Source: Tubiluchus corallicola (lineage: Eukaryota; Animalia; Priapulida). From it: a DNA stretch of 57,439 bases. This document shows, one piece after another, positions 1-13,900 of the stretch; within the stretch, counting starts at the first letter, position 1, and every line of letters starts with the position of its first letter. The stretch spans positions 1-57,439 of the forward strand of contig JAQGDQ010000935.1 in NCBI GenBank assembly GCA_030141605.1. The letters run 5' to 3'. The translations under genes were made by a program, and so were the position numbers. Under the pieces are notes generated by a model that saw only the letters and a program-made list of their open reading frames with translations, was not told the DNA's origin and ran no database searches.

Positions 1-176
1 AATTATATGGCTGTATTAATCGTTGAATTTGTCAGTAAACTATGTATATAAACACAGCTGATTACTGTTGCAAAATGAGCATTTTAATGCACTTTACGGA
101 ACTAGACTTTCATGTATTAAGATGTGTGAACATTAAATTTTGTATATATTCATTTTTTGAATTGCAAGCTTGTATT

Positions 177-461
177 AGGACTGGGTGAGCATCAATTGTT
201 CGAGTTCGAATATTCGAACCTAAAATTGTACATTCGAATAACTCGGTACTTCAACTACACATGTCTTTATCATTAATGTGTAAAAACATTATGCAATCAG
301 CACGTTTTAGTAGCGAGTTTTGTGCAGAATTTTTAAACGAATTATTAATTTTTTTACTGCAGAACAAAATGAAATAACGTGCAGAATCTTTGTGAGACCG
401 GTTTTTATTAGTGACTCGAAAATATTTAAAATTGAATTCGCATTCAGATGCTCATCCGTAG
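177..461. mobile_element. TTCGAA-rich non-autonomous DNA transposon relic (mirrored at ~17480-17764; related copy ~24617-24945)
   Basis: Imperfect inverted ends gggtgagcatc / gatgctcatcc, TTCGAA subterminal motifs, and internal similarity to 24617-24945. Confidence 0.4.
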
Positions 462-704
462 TTTGAAATGAAAATTTAATCTATACACCAGCTGTTACTG
501 TAAATATGACTTGGGTAGTGTTGTGACTTGTGTTTCAACTTAATTCAAGTTGATTTTAAAAATGCCTACTTAAATATGCTATAGTTTTAGCTTTTTTAAT
601 AAAAAACCTTCTCTTTACTTACTTTTTTAATTACTGTGCATAATAAAAGCTAAAATATCTATGACCTGCCAAGACTCATACAATGTGCGTGCGCAGCTAT
701 CGTC

Positions 705-724
705 GTGACATCATTGTGACGTAC
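705..724 (+). promoter_or_regulatory. Tandem CRE/ATF-like motifs upstream of SLC3 start codon (mirrored at ~17217-17236)
   Basis: GTGACATCAT and TGACGTA lie in a locally GC-richer stretch ~180 bp upstream of the ATG at 900; motif match only. Confidence 0.3.
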
Positions 725-2507
725 CGTATGATCCGGATGCGAACAGTGTGCCATTTTCTGGACGCATTTTTCCGAGTGAGGAAGTAGCTAAGTTTGCATT
801 TTAAACTTCTAACAGTCTTTTACAGTAATAATATTTTTTACACTTTGACTGTGAAAATACCAAAAAAAAAGTAATTCGCTTTGAAAGCTCAGCGAAAACA
901 TGGAGAACGAAGTATATCCGCCGCTAGAAGAAAAATTGGCAAAAGGAGATCAAATCGCCGATCAGAAAGTTCAAGAAGCCGAAGAATCCACTGTAAAGTT
1001 TTTGCCTAATGGCGACAAAGAGGATGGAAAAGTCCAAGTTGAGGTGCAGTAGTACCATAGTTAATTATAAGTAAACCATTGATTTCATTAACCAAAAAAT
1101 CTTCTGCATTATTTTATTATATTTTTATTGTATTATAATATTAATAAGTTCTTTACTTAACTTTTTGTACATATTCGAAATCAAAAATGTCACGAGTTAA
1201 TTTCACAGTTCTATAATTGCAGTAGTTATTTTGAATCCGTATATATATAACTAGTTATTAATCGTACAACTTGTTCAATAAAGTTTCTAGTGGGAAAATA
1301 GTTCAGCAGCATTGAACAACGATATGTCGAGCCAAACAGCCCACTACTCTTTTCTAAATTTACTATTCTCAGAGAATCTGTTGCTGTAAACAACCAGTAA
1401 AGCAACAACCAGCACTTGGTTAGTTAAAAAACTGTCCAGCAGTTGGCTATGCTATAGACATAACTTATGTCTCAAAATCGATTAGAATATCTTGAATTTT
1501 GTTGTATTTACTGTTTTTCATAATTTGCAGACGTGTTTTGAACAAATGCATTCTTGTCTTGCTTTGCCTGTCATTTGCATGCTAGGTTACCTTGAATTAT
1601 GATTCTTTCATTCAAGGATCCTCTTTCCTGTGTGGGTCCACTTTCAACTGGTTACACCACTGATCAAGAGAAATTTATGTACATAGAATGTGTTGTAATC
1701 AAGTATTGACCGTTATTGCATCCTTGGGAAAATTGTTAAAACTTTTTCCACTGCTGGTAAAAATTAAGTTTCATTCCATGTAAATTTATTAGTGATGTCG
1801 ACCAGAGGACATTACGTAAGAGAAACCCTGCTTTACGGGGCTGTTTGCCCAGAAAACGAACAGTGGCTTTTGAAAAGTTATAGAAGCAACATCCTGGGCT
1901 GGTCTTTGAATGAGTGAGACAGAGATGGTACTTTAGATAAAGCTGTCTAGAAAGGATTTCTTGAGCTCCGATATTTCTCACTTAACTATCAGGCTTCAGA
2001 ACCAATTATCTTTTGTAGTTATGACCTCACATTCCCCGTATATATAGAAAAGTAAATTGTGAACATGTATGTTAACTGTTTTTTTCTTGAGACATTTTTC
2101 TGTATTATTGTTGCAATAGTTTTAAACATCCAGCTAAATTTCCTCAAATATTGTTTTAGATACATATTGGCTTATATATTGTACATTTTGAAGGTTGGAG
2201 ATGAATACACGGGGTTCATTGGCATGGGTAAAGAGGAGTTACAGCAGTATGCTGATGATCCATTCTGGGTTCGATTACGATGGATTCTCCTGATTTTTTT
2301 TGGACTTGCATGGATTGCCATGCTTGCCGCCGCCATTGCCATTGTCGTCGTGGCACCTGGATGCGCACCCATGCCACTCAAAGATTGGTTCCATAACGGG
2401 GTGACCTATCAGATTTACACAAGATCGTTCAAGGACTCAGACGGCGATGGAAATGGAGATTTGAAAGGTAAGCATCACTGTGATTCGTACTCTGTGTGAT
2501 TTGGTGA

Positions 2508-2672
2508 CTGGTAATAATGTCACAGTTTTGGCAAGGAAAAGGTCACAGTTAATTTTGGCTATGGTTGGGGTCAGGGTTATGTTCATTTCTTTTTTCTTTG
2601 GCTTTTTTTTCCCTGTGACTTTTTCTTGTTACTTTCTTGTGACTTCTTTTACCTGTGACTTTTTGCCTAGAT
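2508..2672. mobile_element. MITE with inverted GTCACAG/CTGTGAC repeats and telomere-like core (mirrored at ~15270-15435)
   Basis: aaggtcacag ... ggggtcagggtta ... (ctgtgactttt)n; same family as 45527-45726. Confidence 0.55.
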
Positions 2673-5600
2673 TCCATGATTTATGTCAGTAACATAACAT
2701 ATATAAGAAACATCAGATACACTTGAATAGACTGAAGAGAAAATTTTAAAATTACCCAAATATCAAACTTTTGGTACGGTATGTCCGTCTTGTTAGATTT
2801 TGATTTCTTTTTGATCGTGGTTCAAGGCTAACAGCATTATTATTTGCGTTAAACAGTTTCTATCAAACACATTTAACACTATAGCTATCCAAGTGTTATA
2901 AGAGATTAAATTTATCAAACTTTTGGATAATTAACGACATGTTACATAGCAACTATTTCAAATTAGACTGCACAATACAAACTCTAGCAGATTCATGAGC
3001 TTTTCCAAACGTTTTTAGGCTTCATTTTTTTTCTTGTATTTTTACCATTATCAATGAATTCAAAGGTAATTTAGCCTAAAAGTCTAAGTAGTTTTACGAT
3101 CATATCGGTAATATTTTATATATTTAATTGTTTGTAAACTGATTATGCCGTGTGTACTGCTTGGAGCTGCATGAGGTGCACTGCACGTGTTCAATGCTAA
3201 CGGTATTGATTGCCTGCTAGGCGGTTCAAACCGGTTCTGCGTGCTGCTACTGTACATGGAACGTGCGCCTATTAATAACTAACCCGCTGTAGAAACTGTG
3301 TTCCTACTGTAGACCAGAATACAAGTTCGCGTTACATGCATAAAGGTCATTCACATTAAGTACTTTGCTGAAATATTTTTGTTGATTTACGTAAACATTC
3401 ACACTAAGTACTTTGCCGAAAGGTTTTTGTTGGTCTAAGTGGACTAGTGGCCACAGCATACAGTATTTCACATTTTTTTCTCCTATTTTATTGCTAAAAG
3501 TTGTTTTTATTTTAATTTAAATAGGTGTACTTCTAAATTTGATTCTTTATCGTGTCTCTTTGACCAATACAGCCGTTTGTTACAAATATCGAACTACAAT
3601 CATATGAAATCTTTACACATTCTTTACTTCGAGGCTTTACTGTGCCTTTTTGCTTGCTTTTGAAACACCCGAAAAGCTGCTTCGAACAAATGTTATGATT
3701 TCATTTTCTCGCAAAACAGCGGGTAGTTAAGATCGCTAAAAGTGACAAAATTGAATGCTTAACAGTTTGGTTAGACTGGTTAAACGCATGGAGGAATGAT
3801 GATGTGGTAATGCGTCTGCTAGGACAAAATCAGGCGTTGAACACATAGAACGTAGTTCCTGTGTAGAATGTTTTATTTTCTCCATTGATTTGCGACAAAG
3901 TATTAGTACCATAGGCCAATTACTATTTGGGAGCTGGACTAGGAAATACTAGAATGTCAGTTAATTGTACGAATGGCAAGCTTGGTAAGAGTAAATGTAA
4001 CAGCGAAAAGGCGATACTCTAAGAAACAAAACAGTGAAAGTGAAAAAACAAGACAATAATAATTTGCAATAAAAAACTAAAAGGCGTAATTGAAGGATCA
4101 CAGTTTGGAAGACAACAAAATAGACGTCGGATAAAATCTAAAATCTAGAAAGTTAATTAACGGCAACCGAACACAGCTGTTGTTTACAGGCGTCTTCCCT
4201 TGCGCGTCAAGCACGTTTGCATAAGTTTTACAGTACTGCTTAAACGCGTGATGTCATGAAAATAAGCTCTATGTCATATGACGTCAGAAACTAACGCAGC
4301 AGTTCATGATCATGGTTGTCACGGTGGCACCTCCTATTTGTCGGCCACGCGCATGTGACCAAAAAGGCGCCGTTGCCAATCTTAGTAGATTCACTGAGCC
4401 ACGCGTAGCTTTAAAAGCTTAACGAGATTTGAATATCCGCTGTAATTATTATTTAATGTAAGCTTTGCTTCGAAAAAGCTATTGTAGTTTTCAATATTTT
4501 AGAACATACTTTATTCTGAAATAATGTTTACACAATCGTTCGGTTTTCTTTTAATATTTTCTAAGTATTACCCAAAAGAGAAATAGTTGTGAATGTACAG
4601 GCTGTAGCTGGTGCAATATTCCAAGTCATTTACCTGGTTTTAGTGAGAGGAATGTCAGTAGAAAAGTGTTAGTGAAATGCAAGCCTATGTATTCACATTA
4701 ATTCAAAATGAATTAATATAACCAGGCGCCTAAGGATGGAAAAATGTTCCAGTTTACTGTAAATGAGAACAGCGGCAGATATGTTCCTAAACAATTTAAA
4801 AAATTTTTAAATAAGTAAGTAGGATAGTGAAAATTGAGGCGACGCTGCAAGTCACAAAATAATGAAAAAATATATAAAAACAAAAACAACAGTAATTGTC
4901 AGTAAATAAAAAAACAATTGAAAGATCACAACTTGAGAGACAACGAAATAGATATTGGAGAAATACGTGACTGAGAATGTCATTTCAGAACAGTTATGTA
5001 AATTTCAAGTTTTTGATTATCATTTCAATTAATTTTCGACAAAGTCAAATCTCATTCGTGCAGTGGCTACAGCTTCGTTTCTACGGTGTACATTGAAACA
5101 GTAGTCAATATATTCCAAGTGAAAACTGCCTCGCTTGTTGTATAGCTGAAGCTGATGCAATAGTTCAGGCTATTTGCGTGGTGCAGTGGGTGGATACAGT
5201 AAACAAGATAGTTGAAATGCGGGTCTATAGATTCACGTTAGCTGCCTCTGCTGTATAAGGGTTTGCAAATTTATTTATTTGAAATCTTTATTGATGAAAA
5301 CTATATGCAAGATACAATTTTACAATAACTATACAGATACAACAAACTGCAGATACAATTTTACATAATAACATGACTCCATATAGGGCATAAATAAGTA
5401 AAATTACCTGAAGTATTGTAGCTACCTATGCAGCAAACTACCTTTTTTTAAAATTGAATGAACAGTATTGTAAATGAAAATCTTGACGTTTGCTGTATGA
5501 CGAAGACATGCTTCAGAAATCAACATACAATTTCAAAATATTGCTGTCATTTTATTTTTGAAGTAGCACTGATACAATTAAACAATGTTTTTATTTAATC

Positions 5601-5755
5601 CGCAAAAACAGCCTGATATACTTACCTTACTAATGAATCAGGATGTTGTCCATCCAAAAATACGTTGATATTTGATATCATTATGGAAATTGTGATATTT
5701 AAGGTAAATACAGACAAATAATTTGGTAAATTACCAACACCTTACTGCAGTTGCA

Positions 5756-6058
5756 GGATCGTAGCTAAAGAGGGAGCAACCGGTTATGTCCCGAGCATAT
5801 TTTTCGAAATTTGCGGCTTTTCAGCAACGTGCCTTATTAGTTTATTTGACCAACCTGCCTCCCGTGTTTTTGAAATGAGCATGCATTTACGCAACTCATT
5901 TGTCAAGGTTGACTGATTTAACCAAGGATCAAATGTTCCCAAATCTCATTATAATATATTCTTGTCACACGCTGATAGTACTTTCTGTTGTGGCATAGAC
6001 AAACATATAATTGCTTCTTGTGTCCTCCCCCTAACGTAAAACCTGGCTATGCCCCGGA
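5756..6058. mobile_element. Degenerate hAT-like MITE (mirrored at ~11890-12192)
   Basis: Ends caggatcgtagct ... ggctatgccccgg resemble CAGGGGCGTAGC-type TIRs; TSD is only partial. Confidence 0.35.
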
Positions 6059-7439
6059 CTAGTTGAATTGAAGAAAATAAAAAATACAATTATTTTGAGC
6101 CAGTCAAGTAATCAGTAATTTAAGTTGCAAAGTTGAAGGCTGAATTATGCCATTAGTGTTAATTTCAAAGCTTACAGATGTGCATCACGTCCGTTCCTGG
6201 AAGCCAGCAGCCAGATGCTGGATGCTTTGGTCCTTCATATGATTTAGTTTCCAAAAAGTAAATGTTCTTATAATTATCTAAATTCTAACTCCTATTCTAT
6301 GTTGAGTGAAGTAACTATATTACTTGAAACGTTTAAGGTTGTTTTATCTCTATTTATTTTCATTTTTTTTTACTAATTTTACCAATTCTTTGTGTAGGAG
6401 TAAGTGAGAAACTGAGCTATCTTAAAGACGAACTTGACGTTAAAACACTCTGGTTACTGAGCCTTTACGATTTTGGTGATGCCGATTTTACATTCCATGT
6501 GGCCAACCATACCAGCATTGCTCCCATATATGGTACAATGAAGGACTTCGATGGTCTGTTGTCTCAAGCTCACGAGAAAGGTTTGTTGCAATCTTGTCTG
6601 GCACATATTAGAAAATTATTGGATTTGCAGTTTAAATCACGTTAAGAAGCTGGAAAGTTGTTGCTTAGAATTTTTTCAGAAATTCAGTTTTACCCACAGG
6701 CAGTCACTGTAAGATATGAGTGCATTCAATTATTAAAAATATTGGCTCTATGTAATAAAGGTAGTAGAAAAAAATGAAATTTTCGGTAGAGGAATTGAAA
6801 ATTGAGCTGTTTATAAATCATAAATTAAAGTAGCACATCATCTTATGCTTTTAAACAACACTGGAGTTTTAACAAAACTTAATTATTTTGAATTGATAGT
6901 GCAGTAAATTAATATCTATGGTCTTGTCTGTTTTTTCTGTAGCAAAAATTGTGCTCAGTTTGTAGAAGGCAGGTTTCTAATCCATGCACATTCCACAAAA
7001 GCATAATTTATTGTATTTCTGGAACTCATTCTCCATAGGCATGAAAGTTATAATGGACTACATACCAAATCATACTAGTGACCAGCATCCCTGGTTTGTT
7101 GCTTCTGTGAAGAGAGAAGAACCTTATACCAATTATTATGTCTGGGCTGATGGCAAGACTAATGCTGATGGTTCTCGTGCTCCACCAAACGATTGGGTAG
7201 ATTTGTTAAACATACACTAACTATTTATGCAGTAAACAGTATTAACTATGTATACTAAACAACAAGAATGCGCATTTTAAAGTACTTCTAGTAAAGAAAT
7301 GAAAAGTGCCAGGGGTGCTTTTGTACTTTACTACCTGTTTCCAAATGTTTCCGCGACAGTTTATTCTGAACTCTAATTCTCGTGAATTGTACTGTATGTG
7401 TGTTTATCTCAATTTAGAAATACAGTAAAAGCTGTAGTC

Positions 7440-7885
7440 ACATTTTCGAAAACAGATTTAATGGAATGTTTCTACTTTGCACATTACGAAAAAGCTTGTT
7501 AGGATACATGATAAACTTTCTTTTGTTAATATATTCCAGTTATTTGTAGCAATGTTATTAAAATCATCCTTGTGGTTACAGGCACAAATATAGTCATTAA
7601 TGTTAGATTGAGGAGGACCATTTAATTTCTTGCCAGTTCTAGACAAAATATCCAGATGTTCACACGTTCTTACTTTCAAGTGTCTGGTCTTTCTGCCATA
7701 GTAGGCAGCTTTATGGCTGTAATACTGAACTTTGTCATCAATACCAGTTTGTAAGAATATTCTTCTCTGTCTAGCATTCATGGCCATATTTATGCCTATG
7801 ACCAAAGCTGCAAATAACTGGGGTGAGTGGGATCTATTAATAAAAGAAAGTTTATGCTTAATGTGCAAAGCAGCTCCTTTCCATC
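7440..7885 (-). mobile_element. Penelope-like retroelement GIY-YIG endonuclease relic (left-arm copy)
   Basis: ORF 7458-7868 contains AAYYGRKTRHLKVRTCEHLDI..TGKK...SNINDY...CNH...NILTKESL, typical of the C-terminal half of the PLE GIY-YIG domain. Confidence 0.75.
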
Positions 7886-7981
7886 AACTTGCTATTTCTG
7901 TGTAACTGTTCTTGCAAGTGATAATACTCAGCAATGAAAAACAAGATATTACATTTATACAGTATAAGTTTTTGTATTTAC

Positions 7982-10900
7982 CTGGTTTCTTTTTCTTCAT
8001 TTTCACCATAACTATCGACAATTTTCGCCCACTCTCGCACGATTTCATAGGTTTCATCCAAATACATTGTCTGTGTCTGAAAACATTGTACAATGGTGTT
8101 TAAGCTGCATAGAATTCAGGTTGCAAGTTTGAATATGTGCAGGCTGTGAGTTTGTAGATAATACACATCAGCTACTTCTTAATTTGCAAAATTAATATAT
8201 CGAGTGTTGCACCAAAAAACGGAACAAATTTCAATTTGGAATATTGCCAGATACCTGTGACAAAATTTCGCAGGAATAACCAAATAATGTTTTATTTTAC
8301 AAAAAACCTTTACTTTTTCTTTACTTTTCTTTACAAAATAGTACACTATAAAGACAATTTAATAGTCAGGAGTGAAAAACAATGTACAAATGTATTTCAG
8401 ATAATACAAGATCAAGTAAAGTGTTTTAGTAGAGAAAGATGCACCTCTACATCAAGCCAGGCATTGTGGCACAGAATTCTAACAAGAGAATGCTAGACTA
8501 CTTGACTAACTGAGAAAATTTAAAGTTTCTACCTTATTGGAAGAAAGGTCTTCACTCTCAAACAAGTAAGCTGTTCCGCGAATGACGAGTCCATCTACAC
8601 CCTTGTCCAACCAAAATTTGAGAATATCCTGTTATGAAAAAAGATAATGGTGATTGTGGTTACGCTACACATGACGATTTCACATAGGCATTTTCAAGTT
8701 ACATGCAGAAAGCGTTATTTATAAAAAATATCCAAAATGCTTATCAAATAAGTGGCACTACTCTGAATTCAATTTTCTCATTGCAGTATTAGCAAAATAA
8801 TGACACGACATGGTGTCTACTCTAATTTTGCAGGAACATACGACAGAATTCTCGAACTAACACTCCCCTCCAGCCAAACTAGAGTTTTTGAGCTTAGAAA
8901 GAGTCCCTAGGTGAATTTACAAAAAAGCAGACATCATTTTAAATCTATATTAAACTGTCAGTAACTCAAAATCACACAGCTCAAAGAATTTCATCGGAAC
9001 GAAATCCTTGTTTTTCTCACAAAAATCATTGTTTAACTCAAAATTTCGCCTAACTCAAATAAAAAATTATGGTCCATTTACTCAAAATACAGGTAATTTG
9101 CTTCACCTAACTCAAAAATGCAATTTACAATCTACATTTTATACTTGTGTTTGCCATCAGGAAATGCTGCAATGATCATCAATCAATGAATGGAACTGCA
9201 GTACATAAGACTTTGGCAGCCCCACTGTCATCTTGTTTAACAGTGTTGTGTACGTGTGTCTTTTTCTAACATAACAGCGTTTTACTACACAATTTGTTAT
9301 TCTCTATGTAACTGTCATCAAATGTCGTCGTTTATGCTCTTCGTCTGGAGGATGGGTTTAGAGTTTCTATGCTGGACAATGGTCAACATTACCTAACTCA
9401 AAAGTTTTCTTTTCGGTCTGGTTGGATTTGAGTTATGCGGAGTTTACTATACTTAAATACATTCAGAAGTTCTACTCTATCTTATATTGGTATAGCGCTT
9501 CTTATCACACGCTACTGATAGTGTTACAAAGGTCAAGTAGTGCTCAGCAGACACATCACCACATCAAGTTGAATAATTTTCTAAGAAACACCTAAAAATT
9601 TTTATACTTTTCACATACCTCCAGCTCCTTCTTGACATTCGGGTCACGTAAGTTCAGATCTGGTTGTTCGTTGTCAAATGCATGGTAGTAGTACTGGCCT
9701 CTAGTTTCATCGTGTTCCCATGCAGTTTTTCCGTTAGAGTTGAGCTAAAGAAATTGAATAAGAAAATCACCTGAAAATCCCGAATTACTCGCAACAAGCA
9801 TTTAACCATGAAAGTCACTACATTAATGATGGATTTGTGATGAAGTGACTGTGCAATGTTGAATGTGATACAGTAGTGTAGCCAAAAATGTACAACAGGC
9901 TTTACAGTGGAACATTGTACTTACTGCACTTAAGAAATAGGTAATTAAACAGATTTTTACAAAGTTTTCTTTACTACAAATCAAGCTTTTGAAGGCCGTT
10001 TCTAACTCAATCACTTTTTGCAAGAACAGTTACACAGAAATAGCAAGTTGATGATTTGAATTTAGTGAAAGGAGCTGCTTTGCACATTAAGCATAAACTT
10101 TCTTTTATTAATAGATCCCACTCACCCCAGTTATTTGCAGCTTTGGTCATAGGCATAAATATGGCCATGAATGCTAGACAGAGAAGAATATTCTTACAAA
10201 CTGGTATTGATGACAAAGTTCAGTATTACAGCCATAAAGCTGCCTACTATGGCAGAAAGACCAGACACTTGAAAGTAAGAACGTGTGAACATCTGGATAT
10301 TTTGTCTAGAACTGGCAAGAAATTAAATGGTCCTCCTCAATCTAACATTAATGACTATATTTGTGCCTGTAACCACAAGGATGATTTTAATAACATTGCT
10401 ACAAATAACTGGAATATATTAACAAAAGAAAGTTTATCATGTATCCTAACAAGCTTTTTCGTAATGTGCAAAGTAGAAACATTCCATTAAATCTGTTTTC
10501 GAAAATGTGACTACAGCTTTTACTGTATTTCTAAATTGAGATAAACACACATACAGTACAATTCACGAGAATTAGAGTTCAGAATAAACTGTCGCGGAAA
10601 CATTTGGAAACAGGTAGTAAAGTACAAAAGCACCCCTGGCACTTTTCATTTCTTTACTAGAAGTACTTTAAAATGCGCATTCTTGTTGTTTAGTATACAT
10701 AGTTAATACTGTTTACTGCATAAATAGTTAGTGTATGTTTAACAAATCTACCCAATCGTTTGGTGGAGCACGAGAACCATCAGCATTAGTCTTGCCATCA
10801 GCCCAGACATAATAATTGGTATAAGGTTCTTCTCTCTTCACAGAAGCAACAAACCAGGGATGCTGGTCACTAGTATGATTTGGTATGTAGTCCATTATAA

Positions 10901-13900
10901 CTTTCATGCCTATAGAGAATGAGTTCCAGAAATACAATAAATTATGCTTTTGTGGAATGTGCATGGATTAGAAACCTGCCTTCTACAAACTGAGCACAAT
11001 TTTTGCTACAGAAAAAACAGACAAGACCATAGATATTAATTTACTGCACTATCAATTCAAAATAATTAAGTTTTGTTAAAACTCCAGTGTTGTTTAAAAG
11101 CATAAGATGATGTGCTACTTTAATTTATGATTTATAAACAGCTCAATTTTCAATTCCTCTACCGAAAATTTCATTTTTTTCTACTACCTTTATTACATAG
11201 AGCCAATATTTTTAATAATTGAATGCACTCATATCTTACAGTGACTGCCTGTGGGTAAAACTGAATTTCTGAAAAAATTCTAAGCAACAACTTTCCAGCT
11301 TCTTAACGTGATTTAAACTGCAAATCCAATAATTTTCTAATATGTGCCAGACAAGATTGCAACAAACCTTTCTCGTGAGCTTGAGACAACAGACCATCGA
11401 AGTCCTTCATTGTACCATATATGGGAGCAATGCTGGTATGGTTGGCCACATGGAATGTAAAATCGGCATCACCAAAATCGTAAAGGCTCAGTAACCAGAG
11501 TGTTTTAACGTCAAGTTCGTCTTTAAGATAGCTCAGTTTCTCACTTACTCCTACACAAAGAATTGGTAAAATTAGTAAAAAAAAATGAAAATAAATAGAG
11601 ATAAAACAACCTTAAACGTTTCAAGTAATATAGTTACTTCACTCAACATAGAATAGGAGTTAGAATTTAGATAATTATAAGAACATTTACTTTTTGGAAA
11701 CTAAATCATATGAAGGACCAAAGCATCCAGCATCTGGCTGCTGGCTTCCAGGAACGGACGTGATGCACATCTGTAAGCTTTGAAATTAACACTAATGGCA
11801 TAATTCAGCCTTCAACTTTGCAACTTAAATTACTGATTACTTGACTGGCTCAAAATAATTGTATTTTTTATTTTCTTCAATTCAACTAGTCCGGGGCATA
11901 GCCAGGTTTTACGTTAGGGGGAGGACACAAGAAGCAATTATATGTTTGTCTATGCCACAACAGAAAGTACTATCAGCGTGTGACAAGAATATATTATAAT
12001 GAGATTTGGGAACATTTGATCCTTGGTTAAATCAGTCAACCTTGACAAATGAGTTGCGTAAATGCATGCTCATTTCAAAAACACGGGAGGCAGGTTGGTC
12101 AAATAAACTAATAAGGCACGTTGCTGAAAAGCCGCAAATTTCGAAAAATATGCTCGGGACATAACCGGTTGCTCCCTCTTTAGCTACGATCCTGCAACTG
12201 CAGTAAGGTGTTGGTAATTTACCAAATTATTTGTCTGTATTTACCTTAAATATCACAATTTCCATAATGATATCAAATATCAACGTATTTTTGGATGGAC
12301 AACATCCTGATTCATTAGTAAGGTAAGTATATCAGGCTGTTTTTGCGGATTAAATAAAAACATTGTTTAATTGTATCAGTGCTACTTCAAAAATAAAATG
12401 ACAGCAATATTTTGAAATTGTATGTTGATTTCTGAAGCATGTCTTCGTCATACAGCAAACGTCAAGATTTTCATTTACAATACTGTTCATTCAATTTTAA
12501 AAAAAGGTAGTTTGCTGCATAGGTAGCTACAATACTTCAGGTAATTTTACTTATTTATGCCCTATATGGAGTCATGTTATTATGTAAAATTGTATCTGCA
12601 GTTTGTTGTATCTGTATAGTTATTGTAAAATTGTATCTTGCATATAGTTTTCATCAATAAAGATTTCAAATAAATAAATTTGCAAACCCTTATACAGCAG
12701 AGGCAGCTAACGTGAATCTATAGACCCGCATTTCAACTATCTTGTTTACTGTATCCACCCACTGCACCACGCAAATAGCCTGAACTATTGCATCAGCTTC
12801 AGCTATACAACAAGCGAGGCAGTTTTCACTTGGAATATATTGACTACTGTTTCAATGTACACCGTAGAAACGAAGCTGTAGCCACTGCACGAATGAGATT
12901 TGACTTTGTCGAAAATTAATTGAAATGATAATCAAAAACTTGAAATTTACATAACTGTTCTGAAATGACATTCTCAGTCACGTATTTCTCCAATATCTAT
13001 TTCGTTGTCTCTCAAGTTGTGATCTTTCAATTGTTTTTTTATTTACTGACAATTACTGTTGTTTTTGTTTTTATATATTTTTTCATTATTTTGTGACTTG
13101 CAGCGTCGCCTCAATTTTCACTATCCTACTTACTTATTTAAAAATTTTTTAAATTGTTTAGGAACATATCTGCCGCTGTTCTCATTTACAGTAAACTGGA
13201 ACATTTTTCCATCCTTAGGCGCCTGGTTATATTAATTCATTTTGAATTAATGTGAATACATAGGCTTGCATTTCACTAACACTTTTCTACTGACATTCCT
13301 CTCACTAAAACCAGGTAAATGACTTGGAATATTGCACCAGCTACAGCCTGTACATTCACAACTATTTCTCTTTTGGGTAATACTTAGAAAATATTAAAAG
13401 AAAACCGAACGATTGTGTAAACATTATTTCAGAATAAAGTATGTTCTAAAATATTGAAAACTACAATAGCTTTTTCGAAGCAAAGCTTACATTAAATAAT
13501 AATTACAGCGGATATTCAAATCTCGTTAAGCTTTTAAAGCTACGCGTGGCTCAGTGAATCTACTAAGATTGGCAACGGCGCCTTTTTGGTCACATGCGCG
13601 TGGCCGACAAATAGGAGGTGCCACCGTGACAACCATGATCATGAACTGCTGCGTTAGTTTCTGACGTCATATGACATAGAGCTTATTTTCATGACATCAC
13701 GCGTTTAAGCAGTACTGTAAAACTTATGCAAACGTGCTTGACGCACAAGGGAAGACGCTTGTAAACAACAGCTGTGTTCGGTTGCCGTTAATTAACTTTC
13801 TAGATTTTAGATTTTATCCGACGTCTATTTTGTTGTCTTCCAAACTGTGATCCTTCAATTACGCCTTTTAGTTTTTTATTGCAAATTATTATTGTCTTGT

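Larger units (their letters stand above)
900..7196 (+). pseudogene. SLC3 family amino-acid transporter heavy chain (4F2hc/rBAT-like), left-arm copy, 3'-truncated after exon 4
   Basis: GT-AG exons 900-1043, 2194-2467, 6398-6580 and 7039-7196 join in phase. Motifs: GMGKEELQQYADDPFWVRLRW, a TM helix, APGC (disulfide Cys), WFHNGVTYQIYTRSFKDSDGDGNGDLKG, and MDYIPNHTSDQHPWF (GH13 region I). No downstream exons are seen on the + strand; the arm ends at ~7922. Confidence 0.8.
1..7922. repeat. Left arm of giant inverted repeat
   Basis: Reverse complement of 10010-17940 (position 1 pairs with 17940). The ORF track shows mirrored, mostly identical ORFs. Confidence 0.97.

Noticed and set aside
1226-1981. 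Short ORFs 1226-1408 and 1736-1981 (and their mirrors)
   Set aside because: Intronic and antisense, with non-ATG starts and no recognisable motifs; duplicated only because of the palindrome.
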